NCBI RefSeq assembly: GCF_004010195.1
Contig: NC_057753.1
Coordinates: forward strand, 14,359,937 to 14,423,936
Origin: Chiloscyllium plagiosum
Taxonomy: Eukaryota
Reading direction: 5' to 3'
Length of the DNA stretch: 64,000 nucleotides
Shown: one piece after another, positions 23,835 to 37,371 of the stretch
Numbering within the stretch: the first letter of the stretch is position 1
Layout of the letters: each line of letters begins with the position of its first letter
The notes under the pieces: model-generated
The model's input: the letters and a program-made list of their open reading frames with translations, nothing else
Databases searched by the model: none
What the model was told of the DNA's origin: nothing
Translations under genes and position numbers: made by a program

Positions 23835-25615
23835 TGTAGTATACGCCACCCAAAATAGGCTTTCGGGAGGGAATCTGCAATTAGATCCAATTGTTCTGCA
23901 CCAACAACCTTTGTACAGTCCGAATCAATGGGTGGGAATCAGAAAGCTGCCCAATCAGATTCGGAGTAAAGCAGGGCGGCACACACTCTCCTGGCTTGTT
24001 TGTGCATTATGTGGAGCACTTTGCAGAGTCCATCAGATAGGGTGCGAGTCTCAGATGGGTGAGTGTTCCAAACAGCGGAGGCCCGTAGTTCAACGCCACC
24101 TGTACATGGATGACCCTGCCATTTTCTGCTCGGATTCGCTGTCAGTGTGCAGATTCATGGTCATCTGCGATCACTTAAAATAAGCATTGGGAGAAAAGGT
24201 AAATCGAGGCAAGAAACAGTTTCTTTGAAACTGGGAAAAGAAATCCTTCTTTCCCTTCACGGACAGGACACATTAACAGAAGGTGATGGGAATATTGTTC
24301 AGAGAGGCCAGAACATGCGCAAAACCTTGGGAGGGATACATAGCCAAAGTGGAAACTGGGCTTTTGGGAGTTCCGCTTCCTCGCCATTGTGGTTAAAAAC
24401 TTTGTCATCAGGCGTGAGGCACTCTCCCTGCTGTTTGTAGGTCTGGCACATCACCCAAAACTGTTTTGTTCAACTCGCCCAAGACACCCTCCGTTTCATC
24501 TGGAATATGGACCTGATCTTCAGAGAATTCATGTACAAAATTCCGGATAAGGGGTAAAAGAACGTATCCAATGTTCCCCTCATCTTTGTGGGTAGCCACC
24601 TTTGTGTGTGGTTGCATCAAGCTTTCCATCGACCTTCAGCACACAAATACCAAGTGTCACTATGTAGTGAGGTTGTACATAACCCCAGTGTTATGAAGGA
24701 TAAGACTGGCCTCGCTACAGGGGAACACAGCAAGTAGTTTCACCCTTCCGTATCACCTGTTCTTTGTAAAGAAATTTGCGGAAAAAATGCATTTGATGAC
24801 AAGTCCATCAGGAAGCAGTCCGCATGAAGTGTCTTCTCGAGACCTTGAGGGAAAAGCAGAGGATAGATCCTGTTGGGTGGTTCCCTGAGCAGATTGTCAA
24901 AGTTATTTGGCAGAAGGCCTCATCACCAGAACTTTCCAAGAAGCACTATGACATCTTTTGGCTTTAGCTGCGAAGGGCACTACATGCTAGATGTTTCATG
25001 AATACCCAGCACGACTGCATGCTGCCTTCGAAGTGGCTGTAAAGGGATTATAACTGTCACACAACTCGTTATGGAATATGCCTTTGCAAGGGAAGTCTGG
25101 AGGAAGATGCAAGTGGTTTCTGTCGACCGTCCTTCTCAGCAGCGGGACTCTGTGCTCTACATTCTGTTCCTTGGGACGCATCTGAGACAGACATCAACTG
25201 TGCCTGGAGGACCATCAACTCGGTGAGAGGCGGTCTTTGGTCTGCCGAAATTAGTTAGTCTTCCAGAACAAGTAGTTGACCCCGACCGAGTGTTGCAGAC
25301 TGGCATTTTCCAAGGTCGAAGACTATGTGCTAAGGACTGCAGTCAACCTTGGGGCACCAGGCGCCAAGGTGCATTGGGGAAACACCGTGATCTGATGTCT
25401 TCCTGATGAAGGTGAATGGGGAGGGTGGGGGAGCCTTCAGTTGTCAGACTTTCTGAATGTCAGAGTGGTCTTTGGATTTCTGAACAGTGGTACTCCACTG
25501 GTTTGTGCATTTACTTTATATGCAACTGTGCAAAACAAAAACTGTAGTTGTGTCAATGTGTGTACACAAAGAGATTTTTTATATGAATAAAGTAGATTTT
25601 TGAACTTTAAAAAAA
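23835..25615 (+). mobile_element. Decayed Tx1/L1-clade non-LTR retrotransposon, 3' portion
   Basis: RT catalytic-like LYMDDPAIF (ORF 23818-24183), decayed C-terminal region, AATAAA plus A-rich tail at ~25585-25615. Confidence 0.65.
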
Positions 25616-27306
25616 GTTGTGCTTTTTTTTAACCTCAGTTCCCCAATTGATGACAATTCTTGTTCTTAACCAGTTTCAGCCTGCCTCCAAATTGTCCACG
25701 CCACCCCTGAGATTTCAACCCCACCCATATAGCTTGTGACTCTACAAAAAATTCTTTCTCAAATTCCAGTCACCCCTGGCACATCACAGGACACAACCTC
25801 AACCTTATCCAGCAAAATCGCTTTTTCCAGATTCTTCTTTATTTTGGACATCAATTTCCGCTTCTGTGTCCTCAGACCCAAGCCCTCTGTTAGTTTGCTT
25901 CAGAATTCTTCATTGACTTAAGTATCATCTTCCTTCATCGCTGCTGTGGGTGCTTTTCTGACTCACTAAACACAGAGGCCTCACAGAGAAGGATCCACTG
26001 TATATGTGAATGATCTAATAGAAGTTATCTTCAGTTTAAGTGCACTCTGTATTTGTGCGTGCGCGTGCATGAGTACTCGTGCGTGCTTTTGTACAATGGG
26101 AGATGATTTTCAAGGCTTTGATGGAATGGTAAAGAGTCAAATCCTCTGTGGTTGCACTTCAATCCGTGTTTTCTTTGATACCATGTCAACCTTTGCTGGT
26201 GGCGTGAAGGTGTTACAAATGCTCACACAACGGAAGTTGCCAGGGAATTACTTGGAGGGAAATCAACAAAAGTCAGCACCCAATCTAACAGCAGCATCAA
26301 CAAGCAAACGCATGATAGGTATGGGGATTAGTTACGACCAGTGTGAAGAGTACAGAGGGGTCAATGTGGTAATTACAAAGTGGGTGAGTTTACGAAAACA
26401 CACGTGGTCAGCGCATAGATAACAGATTCATCTAATCACGTAAACATAATCACATGCTTCAGTTTGATCACATCTGACTTCTAATCTCAGCAGAGTGAAG
26501 GCCCAGACTGTCTGGCTTTTCCATATGTATTTTACACGTGAACAGATTTATCACATAGACTCCATTATAAGTGATCCCTCTGAGAAAAGAAATTCCGCTT
26601 CATTTCTAACTTTGATTTGCGATGCTTCATCCTGTGAATCTGCTCCAAGATTTTCCAAAGGGGATAATAACTTTTTCTTGTCTGTTCTGTCAAGTTTTCA
26701 TTGCAAACCTACAGAGCATGTGGGATTTGAAGGTGTGCCTCCTGACTCAGATATTGAAGCTACCACAACGTCATAGCTCCCTCCATGCAGCTCGCATCAT
26801 ACACTGCCGAATTGTTCTGATGTCGATAAACTCAAAAGATGTTTGTTCACGTTAAATTCTCTCCACACCCCTAGTCCTGGAGATACGTTATCACTCTTGC
26901 CCTCTGTTAGTTTGATTCATTTGTTTGTGAATCGGAACTGGAATAGTTAGAGACTTGAAACTTCAAAATTGGAGATGAATGTCTGGTTTGTTAATTGTCA
27001 CCCACAAATCAAGAAATTAGGCATGTTTTCCAGCAATAGGAATACATCTGAAGTGCAACATGATATTCTGACATGATTTTGTTCTGTGCCTGCACGCGTG
27101 CTCAGCAGTCAATTTTCTCAGCAGCTCAAGGAAACGGTTGAGTGACAGTTTGATACGAGGTTAGTTTGGTTTCCTCTCGGTGGGACTTGGAACTCCTGAA
27201 AGTACATACGAACTTTCAGAGACTCTGCAAAAACTCCAATAATTAGATCAATCTATGGTACAAAAGCAATTCTTATACAGCGGGGCGACTACTTTCCATC
27301 ACTGTG

Positions 27307-27759
27307 AGGTCGTAGAAAGCGCAGTAAGACACGGCAGTGTCAGTCAGCTGCAGCTCAGAAATAGTCAAACTGGTGAATTTGTTCCAGATCTGAAGTTCTA
27401 CAGAGAAGCGACATTTGGCAAAATCTGCTTTATTTTCATAGCCAGTAGTACTTTTCATTAATGTATACTCAGGATGTGTGTCTGGGCGCTGTCGACATCA
27501 AAGTAATGAAAAGGTGCTTGATGTGGTATCATACATGCAGCTTAAAGTAGCTACCTTTCCTTCAGTCCGAACATCTGAGGAGAATGGCTGACTGACAGAA
27601 TCTCCATGACACGACTGGAAGGGAAAAAAACATCAATTCTAAAATGTCAGGCTATCCTCAGTTTTAACAATGATTTGCAAACGTAATATAGATTAGATTT
27701 CCTCCACATCTACCTGCTAGAATTGTTCCCCACACAATCGAGATGATGAGTAACGGCAT
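27307..27759 (-). pseudogene. TRAV/DV: TCR V pseudogene V4 (family A)
   Basis: Leader MPLLIISIVWGTILA (27714-27759); 2-nt deletion at exon start; conserved Trp>TGA; ends DTAVSYCAFYDL; RSS CACAGTG (27300-27306) with degenerate nonamer ATAAGAATT. Confidence 0.92.
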
Positions 27760-30010
27760 TGTCGCTTTCCTCTATGTAACAGTGCACTCAAATATTTGAA
27801 GACAGACTTTTTTTTGCCCCACTTTCAGTAAACTTCCAATATGCCTCTGCAGCCTCCCCTCACTGCCTTGTGGCGGCCCTGATGCTTTGTGTGCAGGAGG
27901 AACAGAAAAGATTCTCAATGAATTTACACATCCCAACCTGGGTTACAGTGACTGCACCTAAATTGGAAGACTGAAACTTCTGATAGATTGACGTCCATTC
28001 ATGATAATCAATTCCCCAGATTCAATGCAACCTTTACTCTCAAAACTCTGGTCTTTTCGTTGGAAATGCTTCAACTGAAGCCATATTTGTGCATAGGTGA
28101 AACCTGGTTATTTGTATAACCAATTAAGGGGTTGCCCACAACGCCCCGAGATTGCCATCTCACACATTAACGTTACAATCCCATAACGGGGGGTTTAAAC
28201 TAACTCGGCAGGGGCATGGGAACCCAGATTGTAGCTTCAGGGTGCAGGGCCTGGAGTGTAGGGTGAAATTGCAACCTCTTCATCCGCATCACTGGACTCA
28301 ATCTCGAAGTTATCCAGCAGTATCTCTAAAATCTCTTTTACCCAATTGTCCTTTATTATGGTCCTCTCTTTCTGTTTCTCTGTTCTCCAAGCTCAAGATT
28401 TTTTTCTCTCTCTCTCTCATTCTCTCTCTGTCAGTTCTCCTCAGAATTCTTCATTGAGCTCAGTTTTACATTTCTTCCTCCCGTCTGTGGATGCATTTTC
28501 CGACTCACTGAAAACACACACGCCTTACGCAACATAATCCACTGTATCTCTGATTAATGATAAAGTGGCTATCTTAAGCACACTCAGCATCTGCCGCTGA
28601 GTGTATGCGTGTGTGTGCGCGTGCACGCGCACGCACCACCGCAAGTGACTCTCCGTGCAAGGGGAGATATTTAGAAGAGCTTTGACTTAATTTTAAATGG
28701 TCAAAGCGTCTTTGCTTTGCACTTCAATTTGTGTTTAAAGAAATACAATATCACCCTCTGCAGGTGGCCTAAATTTATTACAACTGACCATCGTAAAAGT
28801 CGCCAGGGAATCAGTGAGAGGGAGAGCAAGAGCACAAACCAGCATTCATCCTGACAGCTACGTCAACACACATACCCACACTCATACACATACACAAACA
28901 GGGTAAGTGTGAATGTTAGTGTTGACCCGTATAAAAAGGACAGAGAAGTGATTATGAGAATTAAATAAACAGTCAGTGCGAAGAAAACAGATATGGTCAG
29001 CACGTGGATTACAGATCCAGCTCTTCAAATCTTCTAAGGATGTTTCCTGTTTCAATTCAATCACGTCTGACTCTCGAAAACCCGCGCGAATACAAGCCCA
29101 GCCTTTCTAGTCTTCCCATGTCGATCTCATATTCAGCACCCAAACTCGGAGGTAAATCATTCCACAGCTTATTTCCCCTCTGAGAGAAGAAATGTCTCCT
29201 CTCCTCCAACTTCAATGTGTCATTCCTTATTCTAAGATTACGCCTTCTGGTCCTATGTTATCCAATAGTGTGATTCTCAGTCAAAATCATCTTGTCCTTT
29301 TTTCAAATTGAAATTCTGAGGCAACATAGCTCCTGGATTTGTAAAACACGTCCTTTATTATTGAATGTTGGGTGCTAAGCAAAAACAAACTGGCAGCACG
29401 TTTCCAACCAACGACCATTTACATCCAAAAGGCCAATGGCAGGAGATAAACGGGAACACAATGACTCACCATTCTGGCATGAAAATGTAACGCCATTCAT
29501 TCAGTGTCATTTTATGAAAATCTTGCCATTCACTCTGCAACAGTTCCGTCTGTCTACATACACGGGACCTATGACAGCGACTTCAAAAGGCATCTCACAT
29601 TTACCTTCTCCAGTTGTACGAAGAGTGAGCAAAAACACTATGCCTGCCAGCGAAGCACGCATCTCCTCAGGGAACATATCATCCCACAGCTCACGGCATC
29701 ATTGGATAATGAAGTCGACATTTTTTCTAAAAATAAATGTTGAGAATCAGAGATTCTGTCAAATGCCAGGCTAATGTGAGTGTGTAGGTGTGTTTCTTTT
29801 TTTAATTGCCAGAAGACAATCACAGGAGGGTGATGAAAACAGATTTTGTTTTTAAAAAGTTATCTTGAGAAGAATCAGGATGTGTGAACATATACCAATC
29901 CATGTCGATTGAAATGAAAGGCTAGTTTCCGAGTGGAAAAATATAATGTGTTTCCACTGAGCAGCATGTTTTTATCCTTCTTGCCTCTCACCATTTCTCC
30001 CACGTTGCAG

Positions 30011-30278
30011 ATCTCATGCCCAAACAGCGAGCTCGCAGTGTTCCCAAGCACTGGTGGCTGCGGAAGGCACCTCGGTGAGAATGACTGCAGAGCAACTCCT
30101 TGCAGTGGGGCCGCTGGCATGACAGACGTAAGCCACAAATTCTGAGCGCCACTTTGGCCAGCGTAGTCAGAGCAGGGAGGATTCCAGCCACTCTTCGCTG
30201 ACAGCAGAAACACAGCTTTTTTGCTGTCCGAGAAATCAGGAGACCTGATGCAGCCACATATCTCTGTGCTGTGATTAT
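30011..30278 (+). pseudogene. Family-B V pseudogene B3
   Basis: Acceptor TTGCAG; frameshifted SQALVAAEGTSVRM-C ... EIRRPDAATYLCAV; RSS-like CATCATG-23nt-CCAGAAACT at 30279-30317. Confidence 0.82.
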
Positions 30279-30616
30279 CATCATGTTACAACTGAATTGG
30301 CAGCCAGTCCAGAAACTCCGGGGACATAGGGAGCTATACATATAGCCTCATCATCTCAATGTCAACAACTGCGTACAGAGAAAATGATCAATGAGATAAA
30401 GTGAATGTTGCCAAGCTTTTATTTGAAATTTGGAAATATTCCCCATGATTTATAGTCTAGAGAATATAGAGCGTTGCCATTTCGAAACAATGTGTTCAAT
30501 GACTTGATGAAATACATTTCGAGCTGGTGAGTCTTGAACTGAAATCTATTTGGATTTGATTTAAGCATATTGCTATTGCAAATCAGTAACTCCTAAGAAT
30601 GAAAAGTGTAACTCAC

Positions 30617-30810
30617 TTGGGTTGATTCCATTCAGGGTAATGGCGATAATCAATTTTAATTGCATCTCTAGCTTTATGCCCTCTTGACAGGAGTGCAACA
30701 CCGAAAACAGCAACAACTCTCCTCTTTATAGTGCTTACGCAGGCCAAACAGGAAATGGAACTGGTACGCTCCCATTCATGCAATGACCAAAGGCAAATGT
30801 CCGGGATCAC
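30617..30810 (-). pseudogene. Orphan inverted family-B promoter/leader exon (leader 30617-30677)
   Basis: TATAAA at 30725-30730; leader reads IKLEMQLKLIIAITLNGINP|GTGAGTTACACT; upstream sequence aligns with 7745-7860. Confidence 0.7.
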
Positions 30811-31399
30811 TGAGATAATGCTTTCGTTAATCCCAGAGAATAACGGTGGAATCAGTCATAAGGGCTGCCTTACGAAAATGCAATAGAATAGGACCCTCTT
30901 TAAATTGACATTACATGAACTGCTGTGTGACTTATTTATTGTTTCATGATGGGATTTCCAGTCAAAGTGAGGTTGTGTTCCATGATACAGAAAGAATCTA
31001 AAGAAGGACAGAGTGGAGATGAAAATCAGACTAACGATGGTTAGATGCAAATAGAGGGGGCTAAGGATTCTAAGGGTCAAGTTTCAAATGAAGTACTGTG
31101 TGGAAATTGTACTGAAAATGTAACTGTTACATTGAATCTCCACATGCTCAAACATATGTTACCACGTGCATACACGCAGACTAACAAACATGCACATGCG
31201 CATGCATGCACGGACACATATACACACATACACAAACAGACACACAGCCTGGTTTATGTTGTATGCTAAGCAGATATGATTCGGAGATGCCGTTGTTGGA
31301 CAGGGTGTACAAAGTTAAAAACCACACAACACCAGGTTATAGTCCAACAGGTTTAATTGGAAACACACTAGCTTTCGGAGCGACGCGTCTTCAAGGAGT

Positions 31400-31640
31400 T
31401 ATGAACCTACACTCCAAGGTCTCTTTGTTCAGCAACACTCCCAAGGACCTTAACATTAAGTGTATAAGTCCTGCTAAGATTTGCTTTCCCAAAATGCAGC
31501 ACCTCGCATTTATCTGAATTAAACTCCATCTGCCACTTCTCAGCCCATTGGCCCATTCTGGTCAACATCTTGTTGTACTCTGAGGTAACCCTCTTCGCTG
31601 ATCCACTACCCCTCCAATTTTGGTGTCATCTGCAAACATA
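31400..31640 (-). mobile_element. CR1 LINE internal fragment
   Basis: Reverse-complement match to the RT region at ~18500-18710. Confidence 0.75.
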
Positions 31641-32529
31641 CCAACTGCCATGTTGTTGATTCTTAAGTTCCTTCTCGGAATTTGGGTCTGCAATAAATGC
31701 AGTGACGCCCTCATCCCATGAATGAGTAAAGAAAAGAAATGAATATCTATTTTTGGTCCATGACAACATGTTATCCCCTGTCCGTTGAAGTTGACTGTAA
31801 CCCTGTAACGTCTTACATGGTATTTTTTCGAAAGATTTCAGGAAAATCAAATTTTGAAAATAGAGTGACTCAACATTATCTGCTCCACTCGTTAAATCCT
31901 AAAATAGAACTCCAGTGCGTCTGTTAAAAGTAATTTTCCTGACATAGAATTATACTTTTTTTTCCCAATTGCGTCAATACTTTCTAAATATTGTGTTATT
32001 TCAATATAAGTAGTGGTACATGCACTTCGCAAAGAATTCAGGAGTGACAAGGAGATAGTTTAATTCAACAATAATTTGTAGTGATTTGAAATCAACTGCA
32101 TTATGAGATTCTGAAGCCATTTCCATTCCTGTTTTTTCTCAAATGGTAGATGGTTAGAATCCAGGAATCAAACTTTATGAATGTGTGCTGTAGAGAGAAT
32201 AGGAGAGTGAGGTTATCTCAATTATGCATTTCAGGAGGAGCGATGCAGCTAGGGCCAACTGACCACATCCCGGAAGTTCCCATTCTGGGATTTGAGGAGG
32301 ACTTGGGGCTCCAAAGAACAGGAGTCAAAGTTTCAGTCTAACACAACCACCAAGTTCGCATCAACATCTTCAAAGTTAGCAGCAATTGCACATAATTTGC
32401 ATGAATGTGTGTGTGTGTGTTTTTCTGTGAATTTTCACATACTTGTCAGGGGTTTTATTTAATGTTAAAAAGATCAAAGCCCCGGTGACATTTTCATCAC
32501 TTTGTGTTTAAAGTGACAAATTTGTCTTG

Positions 32530-32687
32530 CTGGATGGGAGCCAGAGCTTCTGATCACCACTTCGGTCAGTGTGGTCAGAGTAGGGAGGGTTTACGGTACT
32601 CTTCACCAGGTGACATAAACACAGCACTTTTACCATCTGCAACATCGGGATATAGGATACCGCTGTCCACCTCTGCCTGATAATCAT
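32530..32687 (+). pseudogene. Family-B V remnant B4 (3' half only)
   Basis: STFTICNIGI*DTAVHLCL; RSS-like TACCATG-23nt-GCAGAAACA at 32688-32726; downstream flank aligns with 30330-30600 and 43870-44140. Confidence 0.72.
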
Positions 32688-33308
32688 TACCATGATGCAA
32701 CACAATGAACAGTCAATGCAGAAACACGGGAAGACAGGTCTTATATCGACCACTTCACCATTTCAACTCCACCAATCTTACAGACGAGCAGCAATGACTA
32801 AGTGGAAAGGAATTTTGTGGAGCTCCCGTGTTCAATATTGAAATACTACATGAATCTTAATCAGTATGAATTAAGAGTGCATCTATTTTCTAAACAAACT
32901 GTTCAAAGGTCCTATGCACACTTCTAGACCAGGTGACACTAGAAACAGCATCTATTTGACTGTGTGAGGGACAGATTCTGTGCACATCAGTAGCCCCTAA
33001 GAATCTCAAGTGTTAATGAGAGTTGTACATTGCTGAGGTTGGGGATTAGAACGAGTGCCTTCACATATGATTTGTGCTGTGTCTCTGTGTGAATGTTTGA
33101 AGTCCACAGTTTATTTTCTCATCAGCTCCGGCTAACAGTTGGGTAACATGTTGATCCAAGGTTAATTTGGTTTCCACTCAGCGTGACTTTCAGCTCAGGT
33201 CAGCACTTTGGAATAACCCGGAAATTCATAAGAGTTCCAACAGATAGAAATCTATCTATGGGTCAAGGACAGTTTTTGAACAGGGATGAGGATGCTTCTA
33301 TAAATGTA

Positions 33309-33759
33309 TCAACGCTAATAGCGCAATAACGCACGGCAGAGTCAATCAGCTGTAGCCCAGTGATTATCAACCTGGTGAACTTGTTCGAGATCTGAAGTTC
33401 TGCAGAGAAGCGACGTCCAGCAAAATCAGCTGAATGCTGATAACCAATATCTGCATTCCTCAGTATATGCTCTGGTTGTGTGCCTGGATACGCACGTTAT
33501 CAGTCCAACATAAAGCTGTTCGTTGTCGTCTCAGAGGTACAGCTCAGAGTCACTACCTGTCCTGTACAAATATCTGAGTAGAATGGTTGAGTGACAGAAT
33601 CTCCATGACTCAGCTCAGAAACGAGAAAAAAAACAGTTCAATTATGGCAGATTGGCATTGGATTAAAATATGATTTGAGAAAGGAACGTAAAATGGCTTT
33701 GCTCCACATTTCCTTGTTAGAATTGCTTCCCATTCAATCCAGACCCTGAGGAGCCACAT
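33309..33759 (-). pseudogene. TRAV/DV: TCR V pseudogene V5 (family A)
   Basis: Leader MWLLRVWIEWEAILT with donor GG; acceptor AG>TG; TGA TAA in place of WY; heptamer destroyed; nonamer TCAAAAACT at 33271-33279. Confidence 0.9.
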
Positions 33760-36302
33760 TATCATTCTTCTCTGCATAGCAGAGCAGTCGGATATTTCAA
33801 GACGCATAGTCTATAAACTCGTCCTCAGTGAAATGCTGACATGTCTCTGGAGATTCTCATCCCACTGCATTGAGGGCAGGTGGAAGCGAGAAGGGTCTCA
33901 GAGAATTGACACATCCTGATCATGGTTACGGGTGCTACACTTAAAATGTAGCGTTGAGAAATCTGATGGACTGACTTCTATCCATGATAAACACTTGCCC
34001 AGATTCACATTAGCCTTACTCTCAAGACTCATCTTCATCTGCCCAACTTAACGAAATGACTCCATTTTATGTTCTCCAGCAGTTCAAGGCTGCCTGCAAT
34101 GCCACCCTGTTTGCCAGATATCTACCCTACTTGCACAGCCTCACAAACTGTCCGCTCTCAAATTACAATATCTCAAAGTCCATCTCCCGCATCGCTGAAT
34201 TTAATTTCACACTTACCCTGCAACATCTCTGATACTGACTTTTTTTTGCATTGTGATTGTCCTCTAATTCTGCTTCCCTTTACTCAGGCTTAAAATTATC
34301 CACTTCCGTCTTTTGGTTTATTTCAGAATCCTTCTGAGCTCAGTCTCACTTTCATTCCACACCTTTATGGGCGTCTTTCTCTTTTCTTGAACACAGAGAT
34401 TTCACATAACCGAACATACTGTACATCTGAAAGATGCTGGAGTAAATGTCTGAGGTACCAGCACCCAAAGTGTCGGTCTATGTATGTGAGTTTCCATATA
34501 TCTAATTATGCTTAAGTGTATTCCTCTGTGTGTGTGTGTGTGTGTCTTTTTTGTATGCGTGAGTCTGTACATACGAATTAAGTGCTTATCACTATGCACG
34601 TGTATTAATGTTTAGGTTTTCAGATCTTTTGGAGGCATTTACGTGTATATTTTGGTATGTGCATTTTCACTGTGTGTTATTCTGTCAGTCTCAGTGTTTG
34701 ATTAGAAACATGTTCAAATGATTTTATGAACGTTCATCAAGAATTTAATTATATGGATAAATTGTCAGTTCAGAAGCAGAAGGTTGATGCTGTAGGAGAT
34801 AAATTGACTACAGAAATGATAATAAAGAAATCACGTGAAGCAATATCAGTCTCTTTCACCATATTTGTACTGTGTATTGAACGGTATAAAATGCGACCTC
34901 CTGCTCGTGGCTCCCTCCCACTCCATAAGTGGAAGATAAAAATCATCAGGGACTCACTCAGAGGGACAGCAGACGCAGACCACAATATTCAAAATGAACG
35001 GGAATCATGTAGACACAGTGTGCAGTCTTTGATGCTCTCTCTTTGCACGTCAACTTGATAATCAAAAATCCAATGTTGATATATTAATGTTTATTTTGTC
35101 CTTTGTTTCTCTTTGCTCACATGGTCTTCATTGCAAATACCCCTTCCCCACCCCCCATTTCATTTTCCTGCCATTCCCAGTTTGTTAAGAAGTTGTCTTT
35201 GCTCAGACTGAGTTTAAGAATCAGAGATTGTGCATGGAAACAGATCTCCCAATGAAATGAGGCGTATCATTAAAATGGATAATATGTTAGGTTCTCCTCG
35301 ATGTGGCTTATACTTCAAGCTGCCCTTACTGTGGCTGGAAAATGTTCGTCAGTTATTCATTTGTTCGTGACAACTAGCAGACCAAGCATTCATCTCCACC
35401 ACCGTACTTGAATGTGCGCAACTACCTCCAAAGAACATCATTAATCATCCTCAAAATTAGACTATGTTATTGAAGGGCCAGATATCTACTGACAAATGGT
35501 GGTGAACAAGCATGTTTTGTGTTTCTCAGAATGAGATTAATTACTCGTCATGCAAGCAAGGTGAGTGGAGGAGTCTTGTGGCGTCGTGGTTTGCATCCAG
35601 ACCTTTGAGTTGGGAGACCCGTGTTCCAGTCCCACCGGTTCCAGAGGTGTGCCATAATACCTTGGTAGCATAACGTGGAAAAGTTGTTGCTCAATGCAGA
35701 AATGATTAGGACGAAGTGTGCAATCCTAGAAAGATGGGTTATAAAATTAAGACAGAGAGGAGGAGAAATTTCTTCACACAAAGGGAAATGAATATGATCA
35801 ACGATTTACCACAGAGGCTAGGTTGGTAGGTGTATTCAAGTTTGAATTACACAGATTCATTAGTAGGAAGGGAATCAATTGTTATGTAAAAAATGCAAGA
35901 AAGTTCAGTTAATGAATATCAGGTCAACAATGATCTCATCGAGTTCTGTATTGGGGACAGTGAAAAACATTGCATTTTATCGACTTTTTTTTGCTTGTCT
36001 GGATTTGATTAGACTAACTATATTCCTTTACATAATCGTTAGCCCTGCTCTCTGACAATGTCAATGCCCGGATATCAGAAGCGAAGCTATTGCTTGAAAG
36101 GTGTTTGTAAACAATACCTTGTTGTGCAAAGTCTGGATTGAAACATCTGTGTATTCATCATCGAAGCAAACTATCAAATGAAGAATCGATATGTGCAGAT
36201 TTAAGACAATGTCATGTCGCTAATACTTGTTAATTTATGGTCTCACCAACCAAATTCAATCTGAGTTGACTGACAGAGAGAAAAGCCAACATCACGCGCG
36301 TG

Positions 36303-36305
<3 letters not shown>

Positions 36306-36357
<52 letters not shown>

Positions 36358-36386
36358 ACACACACACATACACACACACACACACA
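36306..36386. repeat. (CA)n microsatellite
   Basis: About 80 nt of near-perfect CA repeat. Confidence 0.95.
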
Positions 36387-36917
36387 CGTCATATTGTGTT
36401 GTAAGTAACAAGATACAAGACGACGTGATCACAACAAGGATGAGAAATGTTTCAGCGTTCTATCAAAATACTTGAATCAATATTTCCAGTCACGCTCTAT
36501 CTACAACGTGGCCTTCAGTAATGTACTGTCGTCTTTCCATATGCTCACACTTCATTCATTTGTGTCAGCAGTGGGGGTTGTGAAACTCGGAGAAGGAAAA
36601 CCCTTTCCCAGCTCACAGTCTAAATTGCATGCATCAACAGATTGGTGGTGGTGGGAATTCGAACGGGAGCCTTCAAGTATGATTCTGTTCTGTCTCCGTG
36701 TGCCTGCTGAGTGTGCAGTTAAGTTTCCCAGCAGCTCTGATACGCAATAGGGTTACTGTTTGGTCCAAGGTACCATTCGTTTCCTCTTTGTGCGAGTTTG
36801 AGCTCCATGTATTCCATTCTAGCTGCCCGTAAGCCAGACAAGTTCCAACTGATTGATATTGCAACACCATTGGAAGGTCTTTTTAGGACACGTCTCATGT
36901 TGTTTCCCATAACTATG

Positions 36918-37371
36918 AGTCGCACAGCATGCTTGAATACATAGCAGAGTCAGTCAGCTGTAGCCCGGTGACAGTCAAACTGGTGGATTTATTCGTTGTC
37001 TGAAATACTCAGAGATGCGACCTTTAGCAAAATCAGTTGAATGCTTATAGCCTTTATTGTCATTCCTCAGTATACACTCAGGCTATGTGTCTAGATTGTT
37101 TCACTACCAAAGTATTTCAAAGCTGCTCAACGTAATATTGCATGTACAGGTTACAGTCAATGCCTTTCCTTCTTTCTGAATATCTGAGGAGAGCGACTGA
37201 GTGAAAGAATTGCCAAGACTCAGGTCTGAAAGGTCAAACTGAAATTAATTGTAAAACGTTTGGTTGGTGTGAAATTGGAAGATGATTTAATAAAGGAATG
37301 GGAAACGTCGCCCCTCTACATTTACCAGTTCGAACTGGTCCCAACACACACCAGATGCTGAGTAGATGCAT
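36918..37371 (-). pseudogene. TRAV/DV: TCR V pseudogene V6 (family A, V1-like)
   Basis: Leader MHLLSIWCVLGPVRT (37326-37371); TGG TAG TGA at WYR; second Cys lost; RSS degenerate (CATAGTT); promoter region resembles that of V1. Confidence 0.9.
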
